64,000 bases of DNA from Chthoniobacterales bacterium (lineage in GTDB: Bacteria; Verrucomicrobiota; Verrucomicrobiia; Chthoniobacterales; Chthoniobacteraceae). A program made the position numbers and the translations under genes. The DNA lies in assembly GCA_038207335.1 (NCBI GenBank), contig JBBQZX010000028.1, positions 1-64,000 of the forward strand. Reading direction: 5' to 3'. Under the pieces are notes generated by a model. The model was not told where the DNA came from. It saw nothing but the letters and a program-made list of their open reading frames with translations, and made no database searches. Shown here one piece after another: positions 1-10,174 of the stretch (position 1 is its first letter; the number at the start of each line of letters is the position of its first letter).

Positions 1-138
1 AAAGGCCCACTCCTCGTCGCTGACATCACTTTGATACCCAGTTTTTCTCGTCGTCTTTTTGATCGCCATCCCAAGCTTGATGGCAGCCTGTATTTACATA
101 GTACAGCCTTATCTTCAGCCAAAGTGCATGACAGGCTC
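1..138 (-). mobile_element. Left end of an IS5-family (IS1031-like) insertion sequence; the element continues off the window start
   Basis: The minus-strand ORF from ATG at 69 reads MAIKKTTRKTGYQSDVSDEEWAF, matching the YxSDxSDEEW N-terminus of IS5-family transposases. The element end reads GAGCCTGTC.. at 138 and abuts TAA (139-141, TNA-type target). Confidence 0.75.
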
Positions 139-479
139 TAAGGGGTGCGCAGACATTGGGAGAGCTTCGAATCCGCACGGAGCGCATGCGCCCCTTCAGC
201 GGTACCGAGGAGGTTGAGTCCGTCTTGAGTGAACTTGGAAAGGGCGACGCGCCGTTGGTCACCCTGCTGCCCGCGCGACCCGGCCAGAAAGAGAGACGGT
301 ACGTGCAAATGCTGTCGGAAGAAACAGCTCGCGCTGCCCCCGATGAGCAACCCGCCACCCCCTTGAAAGATGCTCCGCCCTCCCGGCTCCAAGCCCTCGA
401 AACTGAAGTCATCGACCTGAAGGAGCAAATGAGTCAGTTAAAAGAAGAGTTCGCTGCATTTCGTCGGCAGTTCGAGTAA
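138..479 (+). pseudogene. yceH: 3' part of a YceH/DUF480 family gene, interrupted by the IS5 element
   Basis: The frame reads LRGAQTLGELRIRTERMRPF..EEVESVL..LLPARPGQKERRYVQML..LETEVIDLKEQ..FRRQFE. An in-frame TGA lies at 129-131 inside the IS. Confidence 0.75.
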
Positions 480-638
480 CAACTATTGATCCGAGCAGAT
501 CGATGGACTTGGCGTGCTGCGGACGGCTCGCCGCGGATCGCGCCTGCCCAAATTTCCTCTCCAAGCTGATCGTCGATGCCGTGGGCGTCTGCAAGCGGAT
601 GCTGAACGAATCTCGTCCGCTGGAAAAAGAAGCCCCGA

Positions 639-1740
<1,102 letters not shown>

Positions 1741-1866
1741 GGGCCATCATCGAAACCGCATACGATAGACGAACTGTTTCAGCAACCCGTCACTAGCCTC
1801 AACATCGCCGGCTAATCCTGTTCATCCTGCCACTTTTGGTGATTCCGTTTTCCTTCTTGGGCCCGA

Positions 1867-2718
1867 ATGCAAATGAGCGACACTGGACAGATGACACAAA
1901 CTGGTATCTCGCCACGCGAGTTTCTGAAACAGAGAAGGCCGGAGAAGTTCTCTGATTCTGTCTCGCGAGAAGTTCCTGCGCTCGATCGATCATTGCTCGA
2001 ATACCATCTCGAGACTCTCACTTCGCGCAGCCAAGAGAACGATTTTGAGAATTTTGCGCGTCGTCTGGCCGAGCAGGAGATTTGCCCAAACCTTCTGCCA
2101 CACACAGGCCCGACAGGTGGAGGCGATAGCAAGGTCGACGCGGAAACTTATCCGGTGGCGGATAGCTTGTCGTTGGCATGGTTTGTCGGAATGGGTAGAG
2201 AAGCTGCTAACGAGCGATGGGCGTTCGCATTCAGTGCAAAGAAGAAGTGGCGCCCGAAAATCGAGACTGATGTAGCTAAAATCATCTCAACCAAGCGCGG
2301 GTATCAGAAAGCCTTTTTCGTAACGAATCAGTTCGTATCGGATCGCGTCCGTGCTGAGGTCGAGGACGATCTACGGAAGAAACATAAGATCGATGTTCGC
2401 ATCCTGGACCGAACTTGGATTCTTGACCGGGTTTTCTCCAACAGGAGAGAAGCACTGGCGATTTCCGAGTTGAAAATCAAAACAGAGGTGCGCGTTCAGC
2501 GGCGGCTCGGACCACTGGATACGCAAAAGGAGCGCGAATTAGAGGAAGTTGAGGAACAAATCGAACGAGCGACGCAGAGCCACAGGACACCAGCACTTGC
2601 TGACGATTGCTTGCAAGCTGTCGAGCTCGCACGCGAACTCGAGTTGCCCCGCACGGAAGTTGAAGGCCGTCTGGTGCGGCTGAAGCGAGTAGTAGAAGAT
2701 TGCGGCACACCTCACCAA
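1867..2718 (+). pseudogene. N-terminal part of a large protein with a putative restriction-endonuclease-like (Mrr/PD-(D/E)xK) domain, truncated
   Basis: FENFARRL..GPTGGGDSKVDAE..FAFSAKKKW..D..K..FFVTNQ..IDVRILDRTWI resembles the Mrr-like REase fold. After GTPHQ (~2718) the ORF runs into the antisense strand of the kinase gene. Confidence 0.55.
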
Positions 2719-2970
2719 CTGCCCTGGTGGTTTGAACTCCTCGCGCGTGCTGAACATTCTCACCGTCGGTCCGCGCGTCGTCTCTGCACCAGTGGTTCCC
2801 TGCGCGCGCAAGGCCAGCCGCGCGAGACCGGCGAGTTTGCCGAGCCGCGCATCGAGATCCGCCTCGAACGCCTGCCGCTCCGAAAAATAAACGCCCGCAC
2901 CCGCGGCCACGCAGACGACGGCGAAGCCAGGCAGCAGCCATGCGAGCAGTTGCGTGCGGATGCTTCTCAC
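2712..2970 (-). pseudogene. N-terminal fragment of a membrane sensor histidine kinase
   Basis: The GTG start overlaps the regulator stop (GTGA). VRSIRTQLLAWLLPGFAVVCVAAGAGVYFSERQAFEADLDARL is a typical TM1 of a CusS/QseC-type kinase. It is cut off at ~2712. Confidence 0.7.
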
Positions 2971-3646
2971 CGCGCCGGCTCCTCGATGACGTAGCCCATT
3001 CCGCGCCGCGTCTGAATGAGCGGCGCGCAGTCTCCGACACCGCGATCGCACGGCGCAACGCACACACGGCCGTGTCCACCACATTGCTCATCGGCGACAC
3101 TTGCTCGTCATAAATGTGCTCCTCGATCTCCCTGCGCGAGACGACCTGCCCTTTGCGCAGCAGCAAATACTCGAGCAGCGCGAACAACTGGGGCGTGAGT
3201 CCCACGTCGCATCCGCCGCGCCGCACCGTCTTCGCACTTTGGTCCAACTCCAAATCCGCCGCCGCCAGCTTCGGCGACCGCTTCGCGTATTTCCGCCGCC
3301 CCAACGCTTCAACACGCGCGATCAGTTCCTCGATGGCAAACGACTTCACAAGATAGTCGTCCGCGCCCAACCGCAATCCGGTCACGCGATCTTCGATCGT
3401 ATCCTTCGCCGTGAGAAAAAGCACCGGCGTTTCCTTTCCCGCCGTCCGCAACCGTTTGAGCACTTCGCGCCCATCCATTCCCGGGAGCATGATGTCGAGG
3501 ACGATCACGTCGTAGTCATGATCCTGCGCCATCTGCCAGGCCTCCGCGCCGTCGCCGGTCGTATCCACCGCAAACCCCGACGCCCTGAACGCCTTGGCCA
3601 CGGGCTGGCGTAGGTGAATGGAATCTTCGACTAAAAGGACACGCAT
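2967..3646 (-). pseudogene. OmpR/PhoB-family response regulator with a frameshift near 3025
   Basis: MRVLLVEDS..LDIMLPGMDG..FLTAKD..GADDYLVK forms the receiver domain, followed by a winged helix. The conserved end PLIQTRRGMGYVIEE* lies in a different frame. Confidence 0.85.
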
Positions 3647-3739
3647 GGTGGGATTGAATGAAGCTCACGGCCACATTCATCATCGGACAACATGATGGGA
3701 AGATGAGGAATCCTAAAAACAGAAGACAAACAACACAAC

Positions 3740-3970
3740 CAAGCTCTGGATTACGATCTGCGCACCAACCTGCATTTCACCCTCAAGAAAAACACCCGCA
3801 AGCACGCCGATCTCGCCGACTTCGTCGCCTGCTACCGCAAAGAGAGCGTTTCAAATCCTTCAGCTACGAAGCGCCGATCTCCCCGCGCCGCGGACATCAC
3901 TGCGGACATGGAAGCGGCGCTGGAGCAGTTCGCCACGATCGCGGAGGATCTTAAAAGCTTGGAGTTCTAG
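3740..3970 (+). pseudogene. hsdM: Degraded C-terminal remnant of a type I restriction-modification methyltransferase
   Basis: Pieces in shifting frames read KLW.YDLRTNLHFTLKKNTRKHADLADFVACY / ERFKSFSYE / DITADMEAALEQFATIAEDLK. These match the HsdM C-terminus with internal deletions. Confidence 0.7.
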
Positions 3971-4091
3971 GTCGAGTTGAGGCAGCACGCAATGTAGCCT
4001 CACGGACACCGGAAGGCTTTGATGCTGAAAGATGGTCTGGTTTAATAGCTTGTGATCCGTCGGAGGTTCGAGTCATCTCATCCCCCTGAAC

Positions 4092-4469
4092 ATGGACGAA
4101 CGTGTGCCAGAAGTGATCCTCGACTTTATCTTCAAGGATGGCCTGCTCTTCATTGCGGTGAAGAATATTGGTGACGGGCCGGCCTTAAAGGTGAGCTTCA
4201 ACTTCGACAAGAAACTCATGGGGCTCGAGGGCTCCAAGGAAGTCTCGGGACTTCCCCTTTTCAAAAACATCGAGTTTCTCGCGCCGCAGAATGAGATTTG
4301 CACTTACCTCGATCGCAGTGCTTCCTACTTCGGGCGACGACAGCCCGCGAAGATCACCGTGAAGATCGAGTATCAGGACATGAAGAAGAAGTGCTATTCG
4401 GCTTCGATCAAACACGATCTCGGCATGTACAAGGAGATCGGCTATTTGCAAAACTACCAACCGCGCTAA
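4092..4469 (+). CDS. Hypothetical protein (125 aa, possibly beta-sandwich), co-oriented with the tail-tube gene
   Basis: Clean ORF with a LFIAVKNIGDGPA motif. It ends 12 bp before the next gene. Confidence 0.7.
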   Translation: MDERVPEVILDFIFKDGLLFIAVKNIGDGPALKVSFNFDKKLMGLEGSKEVSGLPLFKNIEFLAPQNEICTYLDRSASYFGRRQPAKITVKIEYQDMKKKCYSASIKHDLGMYKEIGYLQNYQPR

Positions 4470-4481
4470 CCTTGAACTCCC

Positions 4482-4920
4482 ATGGCCACATCTAACGTCA
4501 AAGAACCCTACCGTAACTTTCGCTTCCTAGTGGAAATCGACGGTATTGTGGAAGCGGGCTTCTGTGAAGTCATCATGCCTGTCTCCTCGGTGGACGTGAT
4601 TGAGTATAGGGAAGGCAATGAGACAGGTGCGACGGCGCGGAAGATTGCCGGGGCGCGTCCATTTTAGTAATCTTACCCTCCGCACCGGGGTCACCGCATC
4701 ACGTTCTCTCTACGATTGGTGGAAGACGGTGCTCAATGGGGGGACGCAGAGGAAGAATCTTTCAATCATCTTGCTCGGCGAAGATGCGACGGAGGTGAAA
4801 CGCTGGAACGTCTTCAACGCGTGGGTGTGCAAATACGAGGGACCGAGCTTGAATGCCAAAGGCAGCGAGGTCGCCATCGAATCGGTCGAGATCGTAAACG
4901 AAGGAATCGAACTGGTGTAG
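4482..4920 (+). pseudogene. Phage/eCIS tail tube protein (T4 gp19-like, Afp1/Afp5 type) with a +1 frameshift near 4644
   Basis: PYRNFRFLVEIDG..AGFCEV..DVIEYREG is followed, in a shifted frame, by KLPGRVHFSNLTLRTGVT..LYDWW..RKNLSIIL..VKRWNVFNAWVCKYEGPSLNAKGSEVAIESVEIVNEG. Confidence 0.85.
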
Positions 4921-4964
4921 GTTGCCTACGTTTCCGAATGACCTGAAACGCGAGACGTCAGAGG

Positions 4965-5130
4965 CTAACCGTGGAAAACGGATGATGCCAGCACGCTTCG
5001 CACTGGATCAATCCACGGTCCAAAGAAGAATAGGGCGATCACCAGATGTCCAAAGGCAAGCCGGTCCGTGCCATAGGCCAAAGAAGGGTAGGCGGCGCCT
5101 GTTTGCTCCAAACCCTCACGCACTCGCAGG
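4965..5130 (-). pseudogene. Fragment of a conserved hypothetical membrane protein
   Basis: GLEQTGAAYPSLAYGTDRLAFGHLVIALFFFGPWIDPVR resembles the LAYGTDWLAF.H.VIA..F.GP..DPVRN membrane family. No proper start or end is present. Confidence 0.45.
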
Positions 5131-5185
5131 GCGGAGCAGTTCGCTGCACCGCATAGTAATCGACCTTGGCGGGACCGAGCCGCTG

Positions 5186-5542
5186 TCAATGGCGCTTTTT
5201 GTCATGAGGATGCATCGCAACCCCCTTCTCAATCGATGAGATTGCCTCAGTCATGCACCTGTTTGCTTCGATTTTGTTGCCGGCCTTTAAGGCTGCAATT
5301 GCCGTGTCAACAAGTTCGATGGCATCGCTGCGGTTTCCGCCTTTGTTGGCCTTGGCAAGTTCAAGGCTCTTGCGCGCGTGCTCGAGATCTTGGATTGGGT
5401 TTACAGAGGTTTGGGCTTTGCGGATTGCTTCCGAGGCTGGATGCATGTTCGGGTGTTCTTCTTTGGCCGAGAGGTGGCCATCGAAAATAAACGTGGCAGC
5501 GACGAGCAATGAACGCGTGATGAGGTGTAATTTGGTTTTCAT
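5186..5542 (-). CDS. Small secreted helical protein
   Basis: Signal-peptide-like N-terminus (MKTKLHLITRSLLVAATFIF..LSA) and a KGGNRSDAIELVDTAI helical motif. An RBS AAAGGAACC lies upstream. Confidence 0.75.
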   Translation of the reverse strand: MKTKLHLITRSLLVAATFIFDGHLSAKEEHPNMHPASEAIRKAQTSVNPIQDLEHARKSLELAKANKGGNRSDAIELVDTAIAALKAGNKIEANRCMTEAISSIEKGVAMHPHDKKRH

Positions 5543-5754
5543 GTGGTTCCTTTTTGGATTGTGGCTGGCTGGACGGAAAGCTTCAAGTCGCCCATGCCCC
5601 CAACCTCATCAAGCCCGAAGCGGTTCGCTGGAGCGCGTGGGCCCGCTCCGCAAGTCGTCGCATTAAATCGCATGAGGACATTGATCCGTCACGCAAAGCT
5701 CGTCGAGGCGCTGGTGAGGGATATGAAGGATGCGAAGCGACCGGACAACGATTT

Positions 5755-6711
5755 ATGAAACAAACAAAACGCAATTCCAATTCCACAAAGGCCCAATCCA
5801 GTAACGCACGCTGGTGCGGTGTTTTTCCGGCGATTACTACGCAGATGCACAAGGACGGCTCGCTCGACCTCGAGGCTACGGCGCGTCATGTCGATGTCCT
5901 GATCGAGAGCGGCGTCAATGGCATCATCATGCTCGGCTCGCTCGGCGAAAACCAGATGCTTACCGCGGAGGAAAAGCGCAAGGTCATGCGCGAGACCATC
6001 GCTTCGGTGAAGGGACGCATCCCGGTGCTCAGCGGAGTCGCGGAGACCAGCACCGCCGAAGCTTGCCGATTCGTCCGTGACTGCGAGACCGCCGGAGCCG
6101 ACGGTTTCATGCTCATGCCGGCGATGATCTACAAGACGCCCGATGTCGCCGAGACTCACGCGCATTTCCGCATAGTGGCGAAGGCGACCGGGTTGCCGAT
6201 CATGCTCTACAACAACCCGATCAGCTACGGGAACGACATCACCCCGGAGATGTTCGCGCAGCTCGCGGATGTGAAAAATTTCATCGCACTCAAGGAAAGT
6301 TCCGGGAACACGCGGCGCATCACCGACTTGCACAATACCGTTGGCGATCGTTACGCGATCTTCACCGGGGTGGACGATCTCGCGCTCGAATCCGCGGTGC
6401 TCGGCATCGATGGCTGGGTCGCCGGAACGGGCATCGCGTGGCCAGCTCAAAATCAATATCTTTGGGAGTTGATGCAGGCTGGCGAGTGGGCGAAGGCGGT
6501 CGAGATTTACCGCTGGTTCACGCCGCTTCTGCACCTGGATACCCACATTAAATTCGTGCAGTACATCAAGCTGTGCGTGCAAGAGACCGGCCTCGGCAAG
6601 GAGTGGACGCGCGCGCCGCGGCTGGTGCTCACCGGCGCGGAGCGCAAGGCGGTGCTGAAGATCATCCACGACGGCATCGACGCCGCGCCCAAGGTGCCGA
6701 AGCGGAAGTAA
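5755..6711 (+). CDS. Dihydrodipicolinate-synthase-family enzyme, probable delta1-pyrroline-4-hydroxy-2-carboxylate deaminase (LhpC-like)
   Basis: GVFPAITT, MLGSLGEN, LYNNP and ALKESSG (Schiff-base Lys) motifs. It shares an operon with a hydroxyproline epimerase. Confidence 0.85.
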   Translation: MKQTKRNSNSTKAQSSNARWCGVFPAITTQMHKDGSLDLEATARHVDVLIESGVNGIIMLGSLGENQMLTAEEKRKVMRETIASVKGRIPVLSGVAETSTAEACRFVRDCETAGADGFMLMPAMIYKTPDVAETHAHFRIVAKATGLPIMLYNNPISYGNDITPEMFAQLADVKNFIALKESSGNTRRITDLHNTVGDRYAIFTGVDDLALESAVLGIDGWVAGTGIAWPAQNQYLWELMQAGEWAKAVEIYRWFTPLLHLDTHIKFVQYIKLCVQETGLGKEWTRAPRLVLTGAERKAVLKIIHDGIDAAPKVPKRK

Positions 6712-6714
6712 CTC

Positions 6715-8043
6715 ATGCGCCACGCACCCATCTCTCGGGAGCTCTTCATCGAGAACCGGCGTCGCCTCGCCGCGCTTATGCCGTCGCGTTCGCTTGCGGT
6801 GGTGAATAGCAACGACATCCTTCCCACAAATGCGGACGGCGCCCTCGTGCTGCGCGCGAATTCGGACCTCTTTTACCTGACCGGCATCGAGCAAGAGGAA
6901 AGCATCTGCCTGCTCGCTCCCGACGCGCACGATCCGCGGTTGCGCGAGATTCTTTTTCTGCGCGAGCCGACGGAACTCATGGAGACGTGGGAAGGCCGCA
7001 AACTCAGCAAGGAAGCCGCGCGCAAGCTGACCGGCATTGAGCGCATCGAATGGCTCTCGGATTTTCCCGCGATCTTCCACGCCCGCATGTGCGAGGCAGA
7101 TGCCGTCTTCCTCAATGCGAACGAGCACGCGCGCGCCTGCATCGTCGTGGAGACGCGCGAGGCCCGCTTCGTCCGCGACGTGATTGCGCGGTATCCGCTC
7201 CACGACTACCGGCGGCTCGCGCGGCTCATGCATCCGCTTCGTGTGGTGAAGTCCGAGGCGGAGCTCACGCTCCTCCGTCGCGCCTGTGCGATCACACGCG
7301 ACGGTTTTGAGCGGGTCGCGCGCTTTGTGAAGCCCGGCGTGAGCGAGACGGAGATCGAGGCGGAATACGCGCACGAGTTCATCCGCCAAGGCGGCGGCTT
7401 CGCCTACTCACCGATCATCGGCAGCGGCGAAAACGCGCTCGCGTTACACTACATCGAAAACGCCGCGAAGTGCCGTGCTGGCGAAATGCTGCTGCTCGAC
7501 GTGGCGTCGTCTTACGCCAACTACAACGCCGACCTCACGCGCACGCTGCCGGTGAGCGGACACTTCACGCGCCGCCAGCGCCAAATCTACCTCGCGGTGC
7601 TGCGCGTCTTTCGCCAGCTCGTCGCCATGCTGAAGCCGGGCATCCTGCCGCGCGAGTGGAACGAAGCCGCGCAGGGCTTGATTGAAAAGGAGTTGGTTGA
7701 TCTCGGCCTGCTGAAGATGGCCGAGGTCAAAAGGCAGGGACCGGAGAAAGCGGCGCTCAAAAGGTATTTCATGCACGGTGCTGGCCATCCCATCGGGCTC
7801 GACGTTCACGATGTCGGCATTCTTTCCGAGCCAATGCAGGTTGGCTGGGTGATGACTTGCGAGCCGGCGATCTATATTCGCGAGGAGAAGATGGGCGTGC
7901 GGCTGGAGAACATCATCCTGCTGACCGAAGGCGAGCCAATCGACCTGATGGCGGACATCCCCATCGACCCAGACGACATCGAGGCGCTTATGGCTGCCAA
8001 CCAGCGGCGTGGCAATCGCGGTGCCACTGCCAGACGGCGATGA
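6715..8043 (+). CDS. pepP: Xaa-Pro aminopeptidase (M24B)
   Basis: AMP_N-type N-terminus (NSDLFYLTGIEQEES), VKSEAEL, LLDVA..YNADLTRT, HGAGHPIGLDVHD, TCEPAIY and GVRLEN. Confidence 0.9.
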   Translation: MRHAPISRELFIENRRRLAALMPSRSLAVVNSNDILPTNADGALVLRANSDLFYLTGIEQEESICLLAPDAHDPRLREILFLREPTELMETWEGRKLSKEAARKLTGIERIEWLSDFPAIFHARMCEADAVFLNANEHARACIVVETREARFVRDVIARYPLHDYRRLARLMHPLRVVKSEAELTLLRRACAITRDGFERVARFVKPGVSETEIEAEYAHEFIRQGGGFAYSPIIGSGENALALHYIENAAKCRAGEMLLLDVASSYANYNADLTRTLPVSGHFTRRQRQIYLAVLRVFRQLVAMLKPGILPREWNEAAQGLIEKELVDLGLLKMAEVKRQGPEKAALKRYFMHGAGHPIGLDVHDVGILSEPMQVGWVMTCEPAIYIREEKMGVRLENIILLTEGEPIDLMADIPIDPDDIEALMAANQRRGNRGATARRR

Positions 8044-9230
8044 GAGTCGCATCTCTTCTTCTTTTCGCCGTCGCGTTCTCCACCGCGCTTGCGATCGCGG
8101 AGACGGCCGGACCAGTTCCGTCCGCAGTGCGTGCGGAGTTTTCACTCGATCCATTTTATCAGAAATACGTCAACGTCGGCGGATTGCCCGTCGTCGGCTC
8201 AACAAAAGTCTCCGACGCGGCGCTCGCGGAATGCGCGTGGCTCGTCACGCAAATGCTCCAGCGCCGACCGGACATTCTCCAGGCGCTGGCGGCGGCGAAG
8301 GTGCGCTTCGCGATCATGGCGCACGATGAATACACAACGGACATCCCTGAGCACGCCCGCCTCGAACCGCGTGTCTATTGGGATCGTCGCGCGCGTGGGC
8401 TCGGCGCTACTCGTTCTGCACTAGCGGTCAGCGGCGGGGAGGAAAACCTGCTCGCCTTTCCCGGCGATCCGTACCCGCGCGAGATCATTTGCATCCACGA
8501 GTTTGGCCACGCCATTCACGAAGTCGCGATGGCGGCGATCGATCCCACTTTCGACAGCCGGCTGCGCGAAGCTTACCAGCGAGCGATTGCTGCAGGTTTG
8601 TGGAAAGGTACCTACGCCGGCTCGAATTACAAAGAATACTGGGCCGAGGCCGTGCAGGATTGGTTCGACAACAACGACTACAACAACGCGCTGCACAACG
8701 ACATCTGCACGCGCGACAAACTGAAAGCCTACGATCCGCCGCTCGCCGCGTTGTGCGCCGAGGTCTTTGGCGACATTCCGTGGCGCTACCAAAAGCCCGC
8801 CGATCGCCGGCCGGAAGACCGCGCGCATCTGGCCGGCTACGATCCGTCGAAAGCGCCGCGTTTTGAGTGGCGTGTCGAGCGAGTGCCGGAGAAGGCGCGC
8901 GTGGTGATGGATTTGCCTGCAGGCAGCATGGAGGTTGAGTTTTCCGGCCCGCGCGAGGCTCTCACAAAACTCTTGGATCAATGCCGCAAAGGCTACTTCA
9001 GCGGCGGCCACGCCGTTTTTACCCAGGAGAGTTTCAAGCTCACACCCGCGGAGAAAACGTCCGACGGTACGCTGGTGCCGCCCGGTTCAGGCGATTGGAC
9101 GTTCGCTGTGGGAGACAAGTCCCCGGACGCCCTCAGGGCGAAGGTCGTAAAAGGCGAGGAGGTATTCGCGCAGATCGTCAGCGATGCCCGCCGAAGAGGG
9201 TGTGCGGGTGCAACGAATCGTCCGGATTGA
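8040..9230 (+). CDS. Secreted zinc metallopeptidase (HEFGH; lethal-factor/PPEP-like) with a degenerate cyclophilin-like C-terminal domain
   Basis: The ATG overlaps the pepP stop. It has a signal peptide, HEFGHAIH and [15 protein letters not shown]. The tail reads [35 protein letters not shown]. Confidence 0.7.
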   Translation: MRVASLLLFAVAFSTALAIAETAGPVPSAVRAEFSLDPFYQKYVNVGGLPVVGSTKVSDAALAECAWLVTQMLQRRPDILQALAAAKVRFAIMAHDEYTTDIPEHARLEPRVYWDRRARGLGATRSALAVSGGEENLLAFPGDPYPREIICIHEFGHAIHEVAMAAIDPTFDSRLREAYQRAIAAGLWKGTYAGSNYKEYWAEAVQDWFDNNDYNNALHNDICTRDKLKAYDPPLAALCAEVFGDIPWRYQKPADRRPEDRAHLAGYDPSKAPRFEWRVERVPEKARVVMDLPAGSMEVEFSGPREALTKLLDQCRKGYFSGGHAVFTQESFKLTPAEKTSDGTLVPPGSGDWTFAVGDKSPDALRAKVVKGEEVFAQIVSDARRRGCAGATNRPD

Positions 9231-9235
9231 TTAGT

Positions 9236-10174
9236 ATGTCTGCCATACAACGCATCTCTATCATCGACTCACACACCGGCGGCGAGCCCACGCGCGTCGT
9301 CATCGGTGGCGGACCGGATCTCGGCGGCGGCACGATGGCGGAGCGGCTCGCGGTGTTTCGCGAGCGGCACGATCGCTTTCGCTCGGCGGTGAACAACGAG
9401 CCCCGCGGCGGCGATGTGCTCGTGAGCGCGCTGCTCTGCGAGCCGGTGGATGCGACATGCGCGGCGGGCGTGATTTTTTTCAACAACACCGGCTACCTCG
9501 GCATGTGCGGACACGGGATGATCGGACTCGTCGTCACGCTCGCGCATCTCGGACGCATTCAGCCTGGAGTTGTCCGCATTGAGACGCCCGTTGGCATCAT
9601 CGAGGCGACTTGGAAAGGCGGCGATGAGGTGTCGATCGCGAACGTGCCCAGCCATCGCACTGATGCCGGAGTCGTCGTGGAAATTCCCGGTCAGGGCGCG
9701 ATCACTGGCGACGTCGCCTGGGGAGGCAATTGGTTCTTCCTGGTCAATGACCACGGCGCGACGCTCGCGCGCGAGAATGTCGAGGCACTTACCGATCTCG
9801 CGGGGCGCATCCGGAGGGCGGTCAACGCAGCCGGTTTTCCACAAGTGGATCACGTCGAGCTTTTCGGTCCACCGCAATGCGGAGGCGATTCCAGGAGCTT
9901 CGTGCTTTGTCCCGGCAAAGCCTATGACCGCTCGCCATGCGGCACCGGCACGAGTGCGAAGCTGGCGTGTCTCGCGGCTGCCGGGAAGCTGGCCGAAGGC
10001 GAAACGTGGGTGCAGGAAAGCATCATCGGCAGCATCTTCACCGCGAGTTATCGCTGGCTGGATCGCGCGGCGGGCAAAGTCGCGCCGACGATCATGGGCA
10101 CGGCATTCGTAAACTCGGAAGCGACGCTCCTTTTGAATGAAAGCGATCCGTTTTGCTGGGGAATTATCTCATGA
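9236..10174 (+). CDS. 4-hydroxyproline 2-epimerase (proline racemase family, LhpA-like)
   Basis: [11 protein letters not shown] plus the catalytic Cys motifs MCGHG and [11 protein letters not shown]. Confidence 0.9.
   Translation: MSAIQRISIIDSHTGGEPTRVVIGGGPDLGGGTMAERLAVFRERHDRFRSAVNNEPRGGDVLVSALLCEPVDATCAAGVIFFNNTGYLGMCGHGMIGLVVTLAHLGRIQPGVVRIETPVGIIEATWKGGDEVSIANVPSHRTDAGVVVEIPGQGAITGDVAWGGNWFFLVNDHGATLARENVEALTDLAGRIRRAVNAAGFPQVDHVELFGPPQCGGDSRSFVLCPGKAYDRSPCGTGTSAKLACLAAAGKLAEGETWVQESIIGSIFTASYRWLDRAAGKVAPTIMGTAFVNSEATLLLNESDPFCWGIIS

Noticed and set aside
2719..2994. C-terminal part of ORF 1867..2994 and the extension of ORF 2477..3646
   Set aside because: Both are read-through into the antisense or wrong frame of the neighbouring fragment after a junction or frameshift.
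4020..4090. Intact tRNA gene
   Set aside because: Only a T-arm/acceptor-like 3' part is visible, with no D-arm, anticodon arm or CCA. It is kept only as a possible att scar.
4092..4920. Prophage
   Set aside because: No capsid, terminase, portal, integrase or other phage genes occur in the window.
5543..5758. 71-aa ORF overlapping the start of the DHDPS-family gene
   Set aside because: It has no recognisable motif or RBS. It could be a leader or remnant but cannot be supported.
5689..7389. Long antisense ORFs (e.g. 5689..7389, 37360..38925, 44520..46136, 49104..50918, 54191..55588) and the alternative-frame ORF 18263..19957
   Set aside because: They shadow well-supported genes, as expected in high-GC DNA, and have no recognisable motifs.
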